Shown: positions 39,235 through 51,975 of the stretch, piece after piece
Position numbering within the stretch: the stretch's first letter is position 1
Layout: each line of letters starts with the position of its first letter
NCBI RefSeq assembly: GCF_963921235.1
Contig: NC_086097.1
Span: 83,082,001-83,146,000 of the forward strand
DNA from: Mobula hypostoma
Lineage: Eukaryota
DNA length: 64,000 nucleotides
Direction of reading: 5' to 3'
Made by a program: the position numbers and the translations under genes
Notes under the pieces: generated by a model
Told to the model about the DNA's origin: nothing
Databases searched by the model: none
Seen by the model: only the letters and a program-made list of their open reading frames with translations

Positions 39235-39430
39235 TGGTAGTGTAACAGTTAGGATGAGCACTTTACAGTGCCAGGGGTCAGGGTTCAATGCCTGCCACTG
39301 TCTGTAAGGAATTTGTGCATTGTGCCCGTGGTTGTGTGGGTTTCTTCTGGGTGCTCCAGTTTCAACCACACCGTGCTCCCCCCCCCCCCCGCCAACGTTC
39401 CAAAGATGTATGGGTTAGAAAGTTGTTGAC
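39235..39430 (+). mobile_element. tRNA-derived V-SINE, partial
   Basis: gggttcaatgcctgccactgtctgtaaggaatttg...gtgggtttcttctgggtgctccagttt. Confidence 0.75.
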
Positions 39431-39619
39431 CTGCTATGTTGCTGCCAGTTTGATACCAATAAAGGGAAGATTGACTCTGTCCTTACTGATCAGCTTTATC
39501 AAGAATTTTGTACCTATCACTCACGCAAGTACTGAAGAGCACTGGCAATCTGATTTGACCTTTCAATCAGCCACCACTGAGTCCTGGGATTGTAACACCT
39601 CTCATCCATCGGCATGGGA

Positions 39620-40020
39620 GGGGAGACCTGATAGAGGCTCATAAGAATATGGGAGGCATAGAGAGAGTAGACAGGGGGTATCTGTTTCCCAGGGTAGAAA
39701 TGTCTAATACCAGCGGACAAACATTGAAGTTGAGAGGGGGTACGTTCAAAGGGGATGTGAGGGGGAACCTTTTGACTCGAGAGCAGCAGATGCCTGGAAT
39801 GTGCTGCCTGGTATGGTGGTAGAGGCAAATACATTAGAGGTGTTTATGAGTCGTTTAGATAGGCACATGAATGTGAGGAAGATGGAGGGATGTGGACATT
39901 ATATAAGTAGGAGGGATTCCTTTTTCGGTGTTCATAATTTACATTTTAGTTGGCTCAGCACAACATTATGAGCCAAAGGCCTTTTCCTGTGCTGTACCGT
40001 GTGCTATGTGCTATGTTCTA
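39620..40020 (+). mobile_element. CR1 3' end
   Basis: gaggggagacctgatagagg (RGDLIE), tgcctggaatgtgctgcc, (gtgctat)n tail. Confidence 0.85.
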
Positions 40021-42279
40021 TTGAGTAATGTACCACCACATATTTAAGTGGAGCTACCAACCATTTTTAAAAAGATATGTGAAGGGCGAGCTTATACGAT
40101 TCTCTACCAAAACTTAATTTGATGTTTAATCACTTTACAGAAGTTTGATTTATCTTTAGTGATTTGTTTCTAACTTCTTATTATTTTAATTAGATATTAT
40201 TTGCTTCTCTATTAACGTTTATAGAGAGTTGAACAGGACTCCAACAGTACAGAACATTGTCAGGGTCGCAGGTGAACAGAGCCTCAGGATATCCTCTCTG
40301 AGACCTGTTCGCCACTCACAGACTGCTCCACATCACAGGATGCCCGCACCAGCAAAACCACAAGGAGATTGGGAGCCAAATGGCCACAGAAGGTAAGTGC
40401 CACCACAGAACCAGTATGGAGGCAAACTGCAGGCATTGGTCATCTGCAGCACAACACAAACTATTGGATTCATGTTTTTGAATGAACATAGTACAGTCCA
40501 TCCGCAATCGTTACTTTGTGGCAAGTCAGAATTGCATTTGTATACAACAAGGCGCTTCAATATTTTTAATCACCAACTGTAACTAGTTGTACTTGAATTT
40601 AAATCCAGTGCAAAGTGGGAACTGAGTAACCCCTTTGTTTTGTCTCAAAGATCTCAGTACAATTTCTGTTAGCAATAGCATGAAAATGGAGTCAGTTTGC
40701 CCTCATGCAAGCTTGCTTTGATTGGCTGTTGTGGGACATATTGATATTTTTATTGAGGATGAAAGGTCAGGAGGTCTTCCAGGAAGAAGATTGATCAAGT
40801 CTAATTTGTGCATGGCTTTGCTGACATTGACCTTGGAAATGAAAACACATTCTCCGCTACCAAAGATCATATTGAGCAAGAATTGTTTTATAAAAAATGT
40901 AGACAAATGTTCAAACATTTGATCTTTAGGTATCAAATGAAAATGTGTACATTAAGTGCATGATTTTTAAATAACAATATTCATTGATTAACTGAGTAAG
41001 GTGTGAAATAATTTCAGAGATATTAATTATGGGTTTATTCTGAATGCGAACACCATAATTCATGTTTAAATTATCCAGCAATCTGCAGTGAAGAGGAGGA
41101 GGGGAATGTCAAGGGGAGGGAACGTCGACTCAGACCATGAGAGACCTGAGTCAGGCATTCTCATGCCTTACAAGGCACAGATTGGAGGAAGAGGGGATGA
41201 CTTGTTATTTCTCAATTGTGCCTAGTTGTACTGCTCTGTCATTAACTGCAAAAACAGCATCTTGCTATGAACTGCCCCACAATTTTAACGTTGTTACCTC
41301 ACTTGCACATTAGTTGATCATTCAGCTCACCACAGACAGTTCAGCCCAGCAATTAGAAACCCATTCAGTGATGCGACAGCATGGATCCTGATGGCTAAAG
41401 TTGGCAGGTGTGAACGGAACTGTAGCACTTAGCCACTTAAATGTCAATTAATTCAGCTTTTCGTGAATGTGCTGTCAAATGTAGAAGCCTTTGATCCAGC
41501 AGGCTACATCTGTCAGCTTGCTTTTCTGCTGGAGACTTCAAGTACAGAGGCAGAGGCTTATCTTACTGGGAATCCCAAACATTACATGGAGAATTACCAC
41601 ATAGACCCCAAAGGATCCAACAGCACACTGACTTCAAGAAAGTTTGTAGAGCATCCAATTAGAAGTAGGTGAGTAAGTTACTTCTTTCAAAAGATTGCTT
41701 TAATATGTTTAATTATTTGTACTATAACTTCTGTTTAAATACTGATTTTGCTTTAATCATTTTAAAAAGACATTGAATTTCAATGTTAGGGACATTTAAT
41801 AAATAGCGAGATCTAAAATCTCCAACAGGAAGGTGGATTTAGACAGGGAAACAGGGTCGGCAAGATATGGTTACTAAAAGGCAGCTCTATATGGCTCAAA
41901 GAGCCAACAATTTAAGTCATTGGAGATATTATTCTTTTGGGCAGGGAAGTATTATTAAGGTTAGAATCAAAAATAACATCTTATTTATTTAACTTAACTA
42001 CATCTTCATTTAGAATAACTGTAACTTTACTTTCTATCTTTGATTGACCTCTAACTTTTAATCCAACCTTTCAGTTCTTTGCTTTATTTCGCTTTTTGTA
42101 ACAGCTAGACAATGAATTCACTCCATTATAATTTGTGCTTCTTATCAATCTGTCCTCTGCTCGTTTCTTTAATTATATTGTCAAGGAGATAAATCATCGG
42201 GCACCAAGGGTGTCCTCACATTATCAAGCTGCACTTCCATACAGCTTGCACAAACATATACACAATCATATCATGGCAC

Positions 42280-42600
42280 ACTTATTACAAATGCTGCCTC
42301 ATAGCTCCAATGATTCAGGTCCAATCCTGATCTCCAGTGCTGTCTCTCCAGAGCAGGAGTTCCCAACCATTTTTAGGCCATGGACCTTTAACCGAGAGGT
42401 CAGTGGACCCCAAGTTGGGAACTCCTGCTCTTGAGTCTGTGTGTACTCTCTGTGACCAAGTAAATTTTCTCCATGTGTCCTGGCTTCCCTTCTCATCCCC
42501 AGGACGTACAGGTTGGTAATTAACTGCCCCTCATGTCGGAATCTGAATAAGTGGGGAGAATAAAATGGGACTATTGGCAATGGATGTTTCATATCAGTGT
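42280..42600 (+). mobile_element. V-type SINE interrupted by a hAT MITE
   Basis: caggtccaatcctgatctccagtgctgtct ... tcctggcttcccttctcatccccaggacgtacagg. Confidence 0.6.
42354..42427. mobile_element. 74-bp hAT (Charlie-like) MITE
   Basis: TIR CAGGAGTTCCCAAC / GTTGGGAACTCCTG; 8-bp TSD ctccagag / ctcttgag, close to NTCTAGAN. Confidence 0.88.
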
Positions 42601-44134
42601 GGACTTGTTTTTCTGCAGCATGCCTTTGTAATACTGCACACACAAAAAAGCATAACCAACAGATCACATGGCAAAATCATATACTCTGGTAGAATTTGTG
42701 TCTGTAAAGACAGAAAAGCTTCACCAATGCATTATCTGCAGTTGTGAAGGCCTACTGGGGATGTCGAGTGAAATTTTCATGATGTTCTCAATGCTGTAGA
42801 TGGTGTGAGGGACAAGTTTGTAACTGTAAAAAGAGAATATCAGATAAAAAAACTCAAAACAAACTGTCAACACTCCAAAACTCTTTACACACAACCAATA
42901 CAGGCAGATTCTAGCAATAGCTTCAACTTCTTCCTTAAATACCTTGAGGCTAATTATGCAAGTTAGATATTTTTTAGAAAAAGTAATTCACTTTAAAATT
43001 ATCTCTGAATTTAACTCAATTTCTGTGCAAGAGCTTGTAGGAAAAGTTCATCAAGAAACAAAGCACATTGATTCAATTACCCGCATTTTAAAATAGTCAA
43101 ACATATTGTGGACATCGTGTTTCTAAAATCTTTATGAGTGGCAGGAAGTTCAATTTTTAACTTTACAATTTACTGCATATATCTCCTCATCTCTGGATAA
43201 AGTATGTTCCAGCATGTTGCTCTTGCAGGAGACACAATGTTGGTTTGTAGCTAATAAATTGTGATATATTATCTGCACTATGCACCAACTAGAGTAGAGT
43301 ATAATAGAACAGAATCTAATTCAAGGCTGATTATATGATTTCCAAACCATACAAGGAAAAGTAAAGTAGTACTTTCAAAGCAGCACAAATTGTTGGATTA
43401 GCATTTTTTCCATATTCTTATGTTCAGTAAAATATTTTGATGTCTAACATAAGCTAAGATAGTTACCAGTGTTATTTGAAAACAAGTAGACACCTGTGAG
43501 ACTGCTGAAAAGTTTTGGCACCAATAGGGTATACACTTATCAGAGCTATTGAGGAGCCACTGAAAAATCATCTTACTTCAATATGTTGAATTGGTTTACT
43601 TACGACAAAAATATTAGGGATCTTCCGCTTTACAATAAGCAAATACTTAAATAAATGCTGTGTGTAATATACATGAAGATACTTTGAAAGAGAACTGCCA
43701 AGTATGTTGTAGGCCAACTTTTGATAGTGGTAGGAACAAAGAGAATTGAGAGGATCTTCAGAAAATCAGTACTTGCATAGTCTGTCAAATACTTTCATTA
43801 CATGATATGTAGGTGGAAGGAAACACTTTGTTAGAGTGAGAAAATTCACAAACTTTAAACATAGTGTTTTCAGTAAATTCTGTTCAACAGAACAGGGATA
43901 TACTATACCTTATTTCTGTCCACGTTATTACCTGTCAAAAAATTTTGCCAGATCTAATTGATAGTAGTTACTGTACCAATATTTAATCATATTTCAATCA
44001 CAAACACAAGAAAATATTTCAATGATCAGATAATGGTATTGTCACATGTATCTGAGAATTTTATCATTACTGATCAGATAGATTCAGTACCTTTCATGCC
44101 TGTGTAAAACAGGAAATTGGAATTAAAAAACAAT

Positions 44135-44285
44135 CAGGCCAGGAGGCACCTGTTGGGGGAGATAGACGGTCAACATTTCGGATCGAGACCCTTCACTTGG
44201 GCATTCCCTCCACAGATTCTGCCCAACCCACTGTGTTTGTTGGGGTTTTTGTTCGCTCCACATTCCAGCATCTGTAGTCTCTAGT
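44135..44285. mobile_element. Old inverted PLE-tail element with decayed hammerhead
   Basis: ggtcaacatttcggatcgagacccttca (reverse core) then sense tail ctccacagattctgcc...ttccagcatctgtagtctc. Confidence 0.6.
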
Positions 44286-44314
44286 ATGTTCAGGCATCAG
44301 GTAATTTCAGATAG

Positions 44315-44600
44315 GTAGCATGGTGGTGCAGCAATATCAAAATGCCAGGGATATGGATTCAATTCAATGATGGTCTTAGGTGCTGTCTGTTTATATGTTC
44401 TCTCTGGGGCAATATGGACTTCCTCCAGTTTCCATTACATCCCAAAATGTGCTGGGCAGTTAATTATCCACTGTAAATTACCCGGTAGAGTGGCAAAAAA
44501 ATTAAAGGAGGCCTCATGGGTATGAGAGACAAAAATGGTTGCAAGTATGTCAGGAAATAAGGAGAAGGGAGTAGGAAAATGGGATTGATCTGTTGGGAAT
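44315..44600 (+). mobile_element. Degenerate V-type SINE
   Basis: ggtagcatggtggtgcagc...ggattcaattc...catcccaaaatgtgctgg. Confidence 0.55.
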
Positions 44601-46429
44601 AATTTTGTTAAAAATAGTTGTTCCTTAATTGCTGTCACCACTTTAATGTAACTAATTGCATGTTAATGTTACAAAGTTTGTAATAAATGTTCCAGAAGGA
44701 AGTTTTTGACAAAAGGCAACTGTAAGGATGCTTGCTGGTTCTGTAAGCTACTACATAAATAGTGAAAGCTGGTAATTTAAAGAGCCATTTCCAGTATCTT
44801 GGGGAGTGAGTAAAGGAGATTCCAAGATAGAGTGTGGGAAGTAATGAATGGTGAAATTATGAAACTTTTATTCCATGCAGAAAACTAAATACTGAATTTC
44901 ACACATGATCCTTCCCAAATGAGATGTTGGTGTTTTTCTGTGTGGGTGATCTGTCAGTCTTCGTGTGTGAGAGTGGGGGTTGGGTATTTGATGCTATTGT
45001 TGCTCTTTTCTGGGAGAGGGGTGGGGGAATTTGATGTTATTGTTGCTGTTTTTTTCTGCAAGGGAGGGGTTGGGGTTGCAAGTTTTGTTTACTTTCTTTT
45101 TCGTGCTGGGGTGGGGAGTTGATACCTTTTCTTTCAACAATATGGTTTTTCTGTATTTCATGGCTATCTAGAGAAGATCAATATCAAAGTTGTATTGTAC
45201 ATGCATACTTTGGTGATAAAATTAACCTTTGAACAGTTAAATATAGACAAGAGTGGATAGACAGCAAGTCCTTTGATTCGTTTGCAATGGTATTTGATGG
45301 AATAAGAAATGTATTGGATTTCAAAGATAGTAACCATTTCTTCTTCCTTTGACATGGTTAGAAGTGAAATAAGAGGAGCGATGCTAAGTTGCTATTTAGC
45401 AGAGCTCATATGTCACTTTCAGAATGAGTAACGTGAGAATTTCATGGGTCAATTTCCAGACAGGTCATCTGGGATACAAAAGGAAGAGAGGCAGAATGCA
45501 GCTGATTCCGGCTGCCTGAAATTCCTTCTCCAAGTTTCAGTGTCACTAGGAGATTTGGTACTTCCTCCAGAAAGCAAAGCTAAAGGTCCAAATTAAAACT
45601 GAGTAACTATGAGATGATGAAAAACCCAAAAACTTGCATGAAACTATTGAAGCAGCAATGTCATGACATGGAAGGCTCATAATCAAATGATTCCATACGT
45701 TGTGGGTGGAAGAATAATTACATATAAATGCTGGGGAAATTATGGGGCTCATCAATATTAAAACATATTTTATGCTAACATAAGAAAGGGGAATAGTTGG
45801 AATGGGTAGACAAGCACAAGGAATGCAAATCTGGAAGTTGCAGTTAGCTCTTCTTACCTCAATAGTCCTGGAAAGGTCATTAAATATCTTACAACTTTGC
45901 ATGGCTGTGCACCAAATGCAGAAATTAGCAGTGGGACAGCTCTAGCCACCTGCTTCCAGTTTTCCATTACTTGGCTCCTTAAGGTCTTCCAACAACTGAA
46001 ACTAAACAAATATGCCCTTTTCTGTTTTTGGATTTCAAATCACATTTTATTATACATAACTGTGAAGAATGGAGATGTGGGTGGGAATACTGTGTCTTGC
46101 AATTGGTCAGCATGACATTTGCCACCAAAAGACATCCCAGATTGGAATAAAAAATCTTATGGAGTTGTCCTTTTAGCTTTATTAATGCAAAGTCTCAAAT
46201 AGAAACATTCCCCTTTCTTGAAGTTTGTCAAATTTAGAAGACCTATGGAAATACAAAAGTATTGTTAGGCAAATAGAATCCTTGATTTGGTACAGAATGT
46301 AAGTGATCCTGTTTTAGATTCTTTTTCTCATTCTGAAAAGGAAAATATATTGATAAATGGACATGCTACTTCATATTTCTTTATTTATAAACTATATATG
46401 ATTTCTTACATTCATTTTCAGTATCTGAA

Positions 46430-47140
46430 TATTGCTAGCAGGACCAGCATTTATTGCCCATCTCTATTAACCCTTGAGAAGATGCTGGTAACCAGTTTCT
46501 TGGACCATTACCATCCTTCAGTAGACACATTGCTGTGATCTTGGTGGAGAGGGCATTACAGTATTGAGACTCAGTAATGATCCACTTGAGCTTGTGGTGG
46601 AGAGAATGAATGTTTAGGGTAGTTGATAGGGTGCTGATCCAATGGTCTGCACTGTCCCAGATGTTGCTAGGCACCTGGAGAACAGCTGATGCTGCACTCG
46701 AGGAGGTAAGTGGAGAGTATTCTATCATATTCATAATTTGTGATTTATAGATGGTGGAAAAGCCTTGGGGTGTCATTGCAGAATAACCATCCCCTGACCT
46801 GCACTTATAGCAATGGTGTTTGTGTGATTGATCCAAGTTCTGTTCCATGATGAACCCCAAATTTTTGAGTGGTATTGGTAAAGGTATTGTTATTGAAGGT
46901 CAAGGGTAGGTTGTAAGACACAATATAGTTGAGATGGTCATTACCTGGCACACCTGTGATGCAAATATTACATGCCACTTGTCAGCCGATGCTTCAACAT
47001 TGTCTAAGTTTTGCTGCATCCGGGCGTAGGCTGCTGCATCTTCTGAGGAGCTGTGAATGGAATTGAATAATGTGCAACTATCAACAAACATCCTAACTTA
47101 TGAAACTTATGATGCAAAGAAGGTCATTAAGCTGAAGATA
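46430..47140 (-). mobile_element. Old CR1/L2-group LINE 3' fragment
   Basis: RMQQNLDNVEASADKWHVIFASQVCQVM; STIYKSQIMNMIEYSPL. Confidence 0.75.
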
Positions 47141-47147
47141 TTTGCGC

Positions 47148-47700
47148 CTACACAGAAAATGCTGGAGGAACGCAGTAGCATCTATGAAGGGAAATAAACA
47201 GTCGATTCTTCAGTCCAAGACCCTTCATCATGACTAAGAAGGAAGAGGGAAAAGCCAGGGTTGAAAGATAAGGGGAGGGGGAGGATAGCAGGTGATCCGT
47301 GAGTCCAGGTGATGGGGAAAGGCAGTTGGGACAGGAAGGAAAAAAGAGGAATGATGTGAGAAAGTGGGAGGTGGTAGGTGGAAGCTCTGAAGATAAAATG
47401 AATCTAATACGAGAGGATAGTAGACGATGGAATAAAGGAAAAGAGGTGGAAAAAGGGAGGGAGGAAAGTGAAGACAGACAAGTCATGAGGGGGAGAGGGG
47501 AAGAGAAGGACTTAGCGACCACAGGGATAAGGAAAAATTGGTGGAGTGAGAAAGGAACAGAGTGGTGAGGTTACCAGAAGTTAGAGAAATCAATGTTGAT
47601 GCCATCGGGTTGGAGACTACTAAGATGGAATATGATGTATTGCTCTTCCAGTCTGCATTTGGCCTCTATTTGGCAGTAAAGGGAAACCACAGACTGACAC
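47148..47700 (-). mobile_element. Older PLE 3' part (GIY-YIG C-terminus plus pLTR, decayed hammerhead ~47198-47236)
   Basis: 47571-47663 minus translates AKCRLEEQYIIFHLSSLQPDGINIDFSNFW*. Confidence 0.85.
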
Positions 47701-47936
47701 TTCAATGTGGGAGTAGTTCAAAAATGAATTTATTATCAAAGTATATACTATGTATGTCACCATATACTACCCTGAGATTCATTTCTTGCAGGCATTCATA
47801 GTAAGTAGAAAGAAACACAATATGATAAATGAAAAACAACACACAACAAAGACAGACAAACAACTAATGTGCAAAAGACAAAAAATTGTGCAAATATCAA
47901 AAAGAAAACATGATAATAAATATACAAGTAATAAAT

Positions 47937-49040
47937 CAAGTTCAAGTTCAAATTCAGTTTATTGTCATTCAACCGTACACATGTCTGCTGGCAAACGAAA
48001 CAACATTCCTCTGGACAAGGCACACAATACAATACATGTAACTCACACACATAACACATAAAGTAATATTACCACTAATAAATTAACAAATAATAAGGTG
48101 TGGGTACAACACAAGTTAAGAAGTAAACAGTATAATGTTACTGCAACACACACAAAAAATGCTGGTGAACGCAGCAGGCCAGGCAGCATCTACAGGAAGA
48201 GGTACACTCGATGCTTCAGGCCAAGACCCTTCGTTAGTATAATGCTACTGGTGCTTTTTGCGTGATGAGACCTGGGTGATAGCAGGGAGTTTAGTAGTCT
48301 TACAGTCTGGGGGAAGAAGCTGTTTCCCATCCTAACAGATCCAGTCCTAATGCGACACACCTTTTACCTGATGGTAGGGGGCCAAAGAATGTTGGATGGA
48401 TGGGAGATATCACTGACAATGCCAAGGGTCTTGCATACGCAGGTCTCCTGATAAATATCTCTGATGGGTGGAAAAGAGACCCTAATGATCTTCTTAGCAC
48501 TTCTTGCAACCCATTGTAGGGACTTGCCATGAGATGCCTTGCAATTCCCATAGCAGACGCTGACCCAGCTGGTCAAAACACTCTTGATGTGCTTGGTTAG
48601 GATGGGAAGGGAGGGGAGCCTCATGCCTCAATCTCCTCAGGAGGTGCGGACATTACCGAGTTATCTTGACCAGAGAGGTGGTGTTGAGGGACCAAGTGAG
48701 ATCATCCATTATGTGCACTCCTAAAAACTTGGTGCTCCCAAATCTCCATGGAGGAACCATGTGCGTGTAGTAAGGAGTAGTCAGCCTGCAGCTTCCTAAA
48801 GTCCAAAATTATCTCTTAGGTGTTGTCCACGTTCGACTCAAGTTGGTATGCTCGCACCTACTCTACTTCCTCCCTACACCGTCTCATCATTGTGGTTGAT
48901 GAGACCAGCTACTGTTGTGTCAGTGAATTTGACGATTTGGTTTGAACTGGATCTAGTGATGCAGTCATGCATCCGCGGCATGAACAACAACAGGCTGAGC
49001 ACACAGCCCTGGGGAGCACCAGCGCTCTGTGTGATGGAGT
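47937..49040 (-). mobile_element. Rex1/Babar LINE 3' fragment (different subfamily)
   Basis: IKSVLTSWVSVCYGNC, KSLQWVARSAKKII, (TTGAAC)n tail at 47937-47955. Confidence 0.8.
48144..48235 (-). mobile_element. Short PLE-tail insertion ending at a decayed hammerhead core
   Basis: 15-bp TSD agtataatgttactg (48129-48143) / agtataatgctactg (48236-48250). Confidence 0.85.
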
Positions 49041-50392
49041 TAGAAAGTACAAACGTATATATTGAGTTGAGAACATGAGTTGCAGCGCACTTGAAAGTGA
49101 GCCCATTGTTGTAGAATCAGATCAGTGTTGGGTGAGTGAAGTTAAACACTGATTCAGGAGCCTGATAGTTTAGGGGTAATAACTGTTCCAGAACCTGGTG
49201 GAGTGGGACCTAAGGCACCTGTACTTCCATCCTGATGGTAGCAGTGAGAACAGAGCATGGCCTGGATTGTGGGGTCTTCCTTCTGACAGCTCTCTTTGCA
49301 GATGTGCTCAATGATGGAGAGGGCTTTACGTGTAATGGATTAGGCTGTATCTATCATGTTTGTAGGATTTTCAGTTCTTGGGCAATGGTGGCTTCCATAC
49401 CGAGCCAAGTTGCAACCAGGCAGTATACTCTCCACGATGTATCTATGGAAGTTTGTCAAAGTTTTAGATCATAAGTCAAATCTTCATGAAATTCTACGAC
49501 AGTAGAGATGCTGTTGTGCTTTCTTTATAATAGCACTTATGTGCTGGACCCAGAACAGATCCTCAGAAAAGATGACACTGAGAAATTTAAAATTACTCTC
49601 CACCTTTGATCCCCTGATATACACTGGCTCATGGACCTCCAATTTTCTCCTACTGTAGCCAACAAGCAGTTCTTTGGTTTTGCTGACATTGAGTGAGAGG
49701 ATGTTGTTGTGGCACCATTTATCCTGATTTTCAATCTCCCTCTTATATAGTGATTCATTACTACCTTTGATCCGGCCAGTAACAGTGGTGGCATCAGAGA
49801 ATGGCAATGGAGCTGTACTTAGCCTCACAGTTATAAGTATAAAGCAAGCACAGTAGGAGGATAAGCACACAGTCTTGTGGTGCAACTGTGCTTAAGGATG
49901 ATTGAGGAGGAGATGTCGATGCCAATCCAAACTGACTGGGGTCTGCAAGTGAGGAAATTAGGGATCCAGTTGCACAAGAAGATATTGAGCTCTAGGTCTT
50001 GGGGCTTACTGATTAGTTTTGAGGGGATGATAGAATTGAATGCAAAGCTGTAGTCAATGAGGAGCACCCTGATGTACACATCTTTGTGGTTCAGATGTTC
50101 AAGAGTTGAGTAAAGAGCCAATGAAATGGCATCTTCTGTTGTGATGGTAGGCATGTTGGTGAACCCAAGTCACTTCTCAGGCAGGTGTTGAGAGGTTGCA
50201 TCACCAATCCCTCAAACTACTTCATCACAATGGACATTGGTGCTACTGGGCAATAGTCATAGAGGCAGGTTAAGAAATGGAATTGAAATGGCTGGTGACC
50301 TGGAGATCCTGGCTGCTGTGGAGGACAGAACAAAGGTACTCAACCAAGTGATCCTTCAGCCTGCATTGGGTCTCACTGATTTCAAGGAGGCT

Positions 50393-51975
50393 GTTTGTGA
50401 ACCCTGTAGAATTTTCTCTACTTCTGCATAAAAATGACCGAAAATGTGATCAGATCTTTACACAAGTCCCAAAACTAGATGAAGGAAGCCAAATTAAATA
50501 AACAACCTAAAAAAAACGTTATACTTGTTCATTTATTTATTGAGAAAAATGATCCAATATTGTATCTATTTGTTGGAAAAAGTATGTGAACCTCTGGGGA
50601 AATGCCTTCTACAAAAGCTATTTGGAGTCGGGTGTTGCAATTAATGAGATAAGATTGGAGGTGTGGGTTGTAGATGTGCCCTGCCCTATAAAAAAGACAC
50701 ACAAAGTCAGGTTACTGACAGAGCCTGCCCTTCTCAAGAAACATCTGTTTATGTGCACCATGCCTTGATCAAAACAACCTTCAAAGGACCTTAGAAGAAG
50801 AATTGTAGAAATGCCTGAAGCTGGAAAGGGCTACAAAAGCTTTTCTAAAGTCCTGAGTGTTCATCAGTCCACAGTGAGAGAAATAGTCTACAAATGGAGG
50901 AAACTCAGTACTGTTACTACTCTCCCTAGGAGTGGGCATCCTACAAAGATCACACCGAGAGCACAATGTGCAGTGCTGAAGGAGGTGAAAAAGAACCCAA
51001 GGATAACAAAAGACCTGCAAAAATCTCCAGAATTTGTTAAAGTCTCTGTTCATGTGCCAACAATAAGAAAAACACTGAACAAGAATGATGCTCATGGAAG
51101 GACAACACGGAGGAAACCACTGCTCTCCAAAAAAAAAGCATTGTTGCACGTCTCAACCTTGCAAAAGACTACGATGCTTCTGGGACAATGTTCTGTGGAC
51201 AGATGAGACCAGAAATTGAACTTTTTGGCAGAAATGCACATTGCTCTACTTGGAGGAAAAAGAGCACTTCACACCAACACCAAAACCTCATCCCAACTGT
51301 GAAACATGGTGGAAGGAGCATCATGATTTGGGGCTGCTTTGCTGCCTCAGGGCCTGGACAGCTTGTAATCATCCAGGGAACAATGAATTCAAAATTGTAT
51401 CAGGACGGTTTATAGGAGAATATCAGGGTAGCAGTCTGTCACCTGAAGCCCAATAGAAGCTAGGTAATGCAACAAGACAATGATCCAAAAGACAAGAGTA
51501 AATCAACAACAGAATGGTTTAAAAAAAAGAAAATTCATGTTTTGGAATGGCCGAGTTAAAGTCCTGACTTAATCCTAAAAAATGTTGTGGAATGACCTGA
51601 AGTATGTAGTTCATGCAAGGAAGCCCACCAACATACCAGAGTTGATGCAGTTTTGTAAGGATGAATGGCCTAATATTCCTCTAAGCTATTGTGCAGGACT
51701 GATAAACAGTTACTGGAAAAGTTTGGTTGAAGTTATTGCTGTACAAGGGGGTCACCCCAGTTGCTGAAAGCAAAGGTTCATGTACTTTTTCCAACTAATA
51801 CATATAATATTGGTTCATTTTTCTCAATAAATAAATGAACAAATGTAATGCTGGTGTGCTAGTTATTTAATTGGGTTCTCTTTATCTAGTTTTTAGGACT
51901 TACATGAAGATCTGATATGATTTTAGGTCACATTTATGCAGAAATAGAGACAATTCTGCAGTTTCACCAACTTTC
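50393..51975 (+). mobile_element. Tc1-like transposon (IR/DR type), termini eroded
   Basis: ~200-bp TIRs 50393-50595 and 51770-51975 with GT(T/A)TGTGAACC direct repeats. Confidence 0.9.
50760..51767 (+). pseudogene. Tc1 transposase (spacing consistent with DD34E), with stops and frameshifts
   Basis: VHQSTVREIVYKWRK, LPRSGHPTKITP, WTDET, TVKHGGRSIMIWGCFAASG, QQDNDPK, MLWNDLK. Confidence 0.92.

Larger units (their letters stand above)
47716..50265 (-). mobile_element. Rex1/Babar LINE (47716-47935 and 49050-50265) split by a second Rex1
   Basis: TEDAISLALYSTLEHL, LLIDYSFAFNSIIP, CNWIPNFLTCRPQSV, SKTKELLV, KKAQQHLY. Confidence 0.82.
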
